Positions 38,622 to 41,892 of a stretch of DNA of 41,892 nucleotides are shown one piece after another. A program made the position numbers and the translations under genes. Position 1 is the stretch's first letter; each line of letters starts with the position of its first letter. The notes below the pieces were generated by a model. That model was not told the DNA's origin, did no database searches, and worked only from the letters and a program-made list of their open reading frames with translations. Location of the stretch: contig FLMG01000099.1 of the NCBI GenBank assembly GCA_900088475.1, positions 1 through 41,892 of the forward strand. The letters are read 5' to 3'. This DNA is from Hyphochytrium catenoides (taxonomy: Eukaryota > Protista > Hyphochytriomycota).

Positions 38622-40062
38622 ACAGACAGAAGGTCGTTAGTTCACTAGGCAGCGGAGGAGCAGGAGAGAGACGCAAATAAATATTGTCTACGGATTGAGT
38701 CGAACAGCTCTCGTGTTTAGAAAGGTATTAGGGAAAGAGAACTTTTTCCTATTGAAAGGTGCTGCTGCTTCTCCCTCTTCGCTTCCTCTATCGTCCATTT
38801 CTTACTTCTCTTAGGGCACCAGCACTTCCCTGGCTGCAACCTAAGCACAGGTTTGTCTGGTAAAGAACCCTATCTGTCTCGGACTCTAATTATGGGAGTA
38901 GTCTACCGTGCGAATAGAGGTCGAGACGGTTGGCGGAGTCCATCATTTGGTGTGGATATGAGGAGGAAGAAGAGAGAGAGAGAGAGAGAGAAGATTGCTA
39001 TACCAATAGAAGGCACACACTTGGAGATGCTACGGAATGAGCACATTAAAAGAGAGAGAGAGAGATAACAAACAGTCGCCGCCCTCAGGCGTTATATTGG
39101 CGTGGTACTCTGCTTCTCGTGACGCTTAGAAGAGCTAAGCGGTGGTGCCGAAAGGGGCCTTGCTTGGAGATTCGAGAGACGTTACGAGCAGAGCAAATGA
39201 CAAAGGGAACTCTACAAGGGAGTAGTCAGGTCACCGAGTGAAGAGGAACAGGGAAAAGAGGGGAGAATGTAGCATTGTGAGCGGCGAGCAGCTCCATCGC
39301 GGCTCAGGGCCTGTGTGCACGGGGGAAAAGAGGGTGAGAATGAGGGAGGGGGAAGAGAGAGAGAGAGAGACTGCGTAAAGCAGGGGTTGTGCTGATAGAG
39401 AGACGCTGCTCGCCGACGGAAAGAGTGACAAGAGGGAAGCTCATCAGAGGGAGACTAACTGAAGGAAAGATGTCACCGGACGTTGCTTCGCCTAAGTATG
39501 GTTTCCTTGCTGTCAGCATCTCACACCTAACCTTTATATTAGCAGTACACTGGGCTCTCAAGAATATACTATCCATCCATTGATATTTACAATATATAAA
39601 GGTAGTGCCGCGCCGCTGCCTCCGGGGCGGGGTTGGACATAGAAGGAAGGAGGTAGAAACGAGAGGAGCGGTCGTTCGGCCGACAGTAGACTCAAAAAGA
39701 GGGAAGAAGAGAGAGAGAGAGAAAGACCATCAGAGAGAGAGAGCAGCTGTCTGTGGACCACGAGATAGGGAGGCAAGAGACAGACAGAGGAAGACCCGAC
39801 ACGATAGTGCATGGAGACTGCCATCTGAAAGTACTAAGCGGAGAAGTTAAGCAAGAAGAAGAGTTTTCGATGGGAAAGATAGGGGAGCGGGAGCGGCACG
39901 AGAGACAAAGCGAGCAAGCGAGAGCAGAGGGAGAGCGCAAGGAAAGAGAAGGCAAAGTAGTGGTCAACGCAGAATGGAGGAACAAGAGCGAGAGAGAGAG
40001 AGAGACAATAGGAACTCGAAGCGACAGGCTATAGTTTATGTACAGCTAGCAAGACCTGCCAC

Positions 40063-41301
40063 TCACAGCTCCGTCACACCGCCAGATCCTCGGGATACAG
40101 CACCTCCATCTGCTGCCTGGGAGGGCGCAGCAGGGGGAGGGGAAGAAGAAGTGGAAGGAGCAGACGGAGCTCGGGCGGGGGAGAGAGCCAGAGGAGCCAC
40201 TGAGGGCCGCGTGTGGATGGTCTCGAGGTGCACAATGAACTCTTGGTTCGAAGGGAAGAGCATCCCACAATACGGACAGTCTCTCATTCTCTCTCCTCCT
40301 CCAGCCCCTCCATTGGAAGCCATCGCCGGTCCTTTTACCTGCAAGCCTTGCCCTGGGAGGGAGAGAGGGACAAAGTGAGGGAAAGGCGCTTGTTTGGGAG
40401 GAGGAGGAAGACCCAAAGTCCTGTCTTCCAGCGCCGTCTCCATCGCCCGAAACAGCATTGAGGCAACGCCTCTTGTCCCTGCCTTAACCAGTACAGCCAT
40501 CCCACACTGATCTCTCGTTTCTGCCCCAGGGAGAAGCTCTAGTCCGAGTCTCTTCTCCGGCCAATGGCGAGAGACAAGCTCAAAGTCGTCCACTTCCGTT
40601 AGAAAGCCTTTCCCGTGGTTGGTGCGGATTCTGACATAGAACTGGCTCTTGGTAGAGGAATCTTTGTGTCTTCCCCACGTGCACTTGTGAGAGAGAGACT
40701 GGCCTTTGAGATAGTTATAACTCTCTTCATCGTGCCCTTCGGCGCGGATGTAGACGAGTTCTCCGTCTCTGATCCGCGTGTCGTCAGAAGCGTTGACCTT
40801 CTCGATCTCCATAATCTCTTCCCCACTGTTTCGGACGTCTGAGTGATAGAACATTGCCTGGCCTTTCTCTCCATTCTTGAGATTTGTCAGCAGGCCAACA
40901 ATACCTTGAGGGGTCTGAGTGGCAATGAGAATCGGCGTCTCTGCGGTCACGTAGAAGATTTCGTCATCGGGAAGCTCGTCTCCATTGAGAAACGCAGATT
41001 CTCTGAACATCGATGGAGATCTCTCCGGACCTGATTTTCGCATCACCGATGACGGAGCTTCTCTCTTCATGCCGGGAGAGCGGTGCATGGGATCAGAATG
41101 AGAAAGAGGAGACGCTTTTCCTGAGCTTCTTCCGCTTCCTGGCCTTGGAAGAGCCTGTTTGCCTCCTCCGCTGGAACGGTTCTGAGCCTCAAAAATTGGC
41201 CCTGAGTTGCCTCTGCTGCCATTAGCAGGCGAGCGCGAGGGCGGCATGGTGGAAGACGAAGAAGAGGAGGAGAGCTGCGGAGACTGTCCTACAGAGGTCA
41301 T
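40063..41301 (-). CDS. Uncharacterised protein: Ser/Pro-rich N-terminus, putative beta-trefoil domain, C2H2 zinc finger
   Basis: Long open frame from ATG 41301 (412 aa). Central three-fold alternating hydrophobic pattern (YVTAETPILIAT / IRDGELVYIRA / LTEVDDFELVS). CPYCGMLFPSNQEFIVHLETIH = C-x2-C-x12-H-x4-H. Upstream acceptor near 41324; the stop overlaps a gtgagt donor, so extra exons are possible. Confidence 0.75.
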   Translation of the reverse strand: MTSVGQSPQLSSSSSSSTMPPSRSPANGSRGNSGPIFEAQNRSSGGGKQALPRPGSGRSSGKASPLSHSDPMHRSPGMKREAPSSVMRKSGPERSPSMFRESAFLNGDELPDDEIFYVTAETPILIATQTPQGIVGLLTNLKNGEKGQAMFYHSDVRNSGEEIMEIEKVNASDDTRIRDGELVYIRAEGHDEESYNYLKGQSLSHKCTWGRHKDSSTKSQFYVRIRTNHGKGFLTEVDDFELVSRHWPEKRLGLELLPGAETRDQCGMAVLVKAGTRGVASMLFRAMETALEDRTLGLPPPPKQAPFPHFVPLSLPGQGLQVKGPAMASNGGAGGGERMRDCPYCGMLFPSNQEFIVHLETIHTRPSVAPLALSPARAPSAPSTSSSPPPAAPSQAADGGAVSRGSGGVTEL

Positions 41302-41892
41302 GAAAATAGGTGGCTGATCAATCTTTGGCAAGAGAGAGGGAGAGAGAGCGCGCGCAAGCGCAATAGATTTGTGGAGAAAGGAAAAGAGAGAGACCAGACG
41401 CAGAGGGTTTCTGGGTCTGTCCGCGACCGGTCCAGGGCTCTGCGAGAGACAGATCGTCCCGAAGAATGACCAAGATTGAGAAGCGATAAAAGAGAGAAGG
41501 ACAAGGCAATGTGCTCGATGCCTGGAAGTTAGAGATCAAGCCCAACCAGGCCTGCTCTCTGATGACAGGGAAAGAAAATGAAGAAAGAACGAAAGAGAGA
41601 GAGAGAGAGAGAGAGTGCGAGCACAGAGACAACTGCAGAAAGAGATCTGCAGGAGAGAGAGAGAGAGAGAGAAGAGAGAGGTCTTTTGCTATCTTCCTGG
41701 CGAAGATTGTTGGGAGTGAGAGCTGTGCGGTGCGTTGAGCCTGGAAGTGTGGGCAGCCTGAGCTTCTGATGATGGACTGTCAGTCACTGAGAGAAGAAGA
41801 AAGGGTGACCCAAGTCAGGCAGTCAGTCAATGCTCCTGCAAGCAAGACGGAGCAGAGAGAGAGAGAGAAAGGGGGGAGAGAGAGAGAGAGAG

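Overview
Eukaryotic, intron-rich draft-genome window (N gaps, abundant GA/CT microsatellites, canonical GT-AG introns, standard code). It is probably from a stramenopile-type protist; this is an inference from the ubiquitin and SMC2 sequences. Left end (1-5.7 kb): decayed repeats, namely a cluster of TGTTG...CAACA LTR fragments with a polypurine tract, a degenerate chromodomain-bearing Ty3/Gypsy integrase remnant, and a disrupted spliced gene on the minus strand. Seven apparently intact genes were then reconstructed by hand: RAB3GAP1 (+, 22 exons), an LRRC71-like LRR protein (-), an orphan Pro/Thr-rich type I membrane protein (+), ASNSD1 (+, with an inserted Cys/His zinc-finger-like module), SMC2 (-), canonical ubiquitin fused to ribosomal protein eS30 (+), and a putative beta-trefoil/C2H2 protein (-). 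There is also an intronless Cys-rich pseudogene. Most notable: (1) true ubiquitin rather than FUBI fused to eS30; (2) introns with GA-rich 5' halves and complementary CT-rich 3' halves that could fold to bridge splice sites; (3) a SHI/DUS1L-like zinc finger spliced into the ASNSD1 synthetase domain; (4) a TpA/CTAG-rich, RIP-like mutation signature in decayed DNA. All family assignments come from motif recognition, not database searches.
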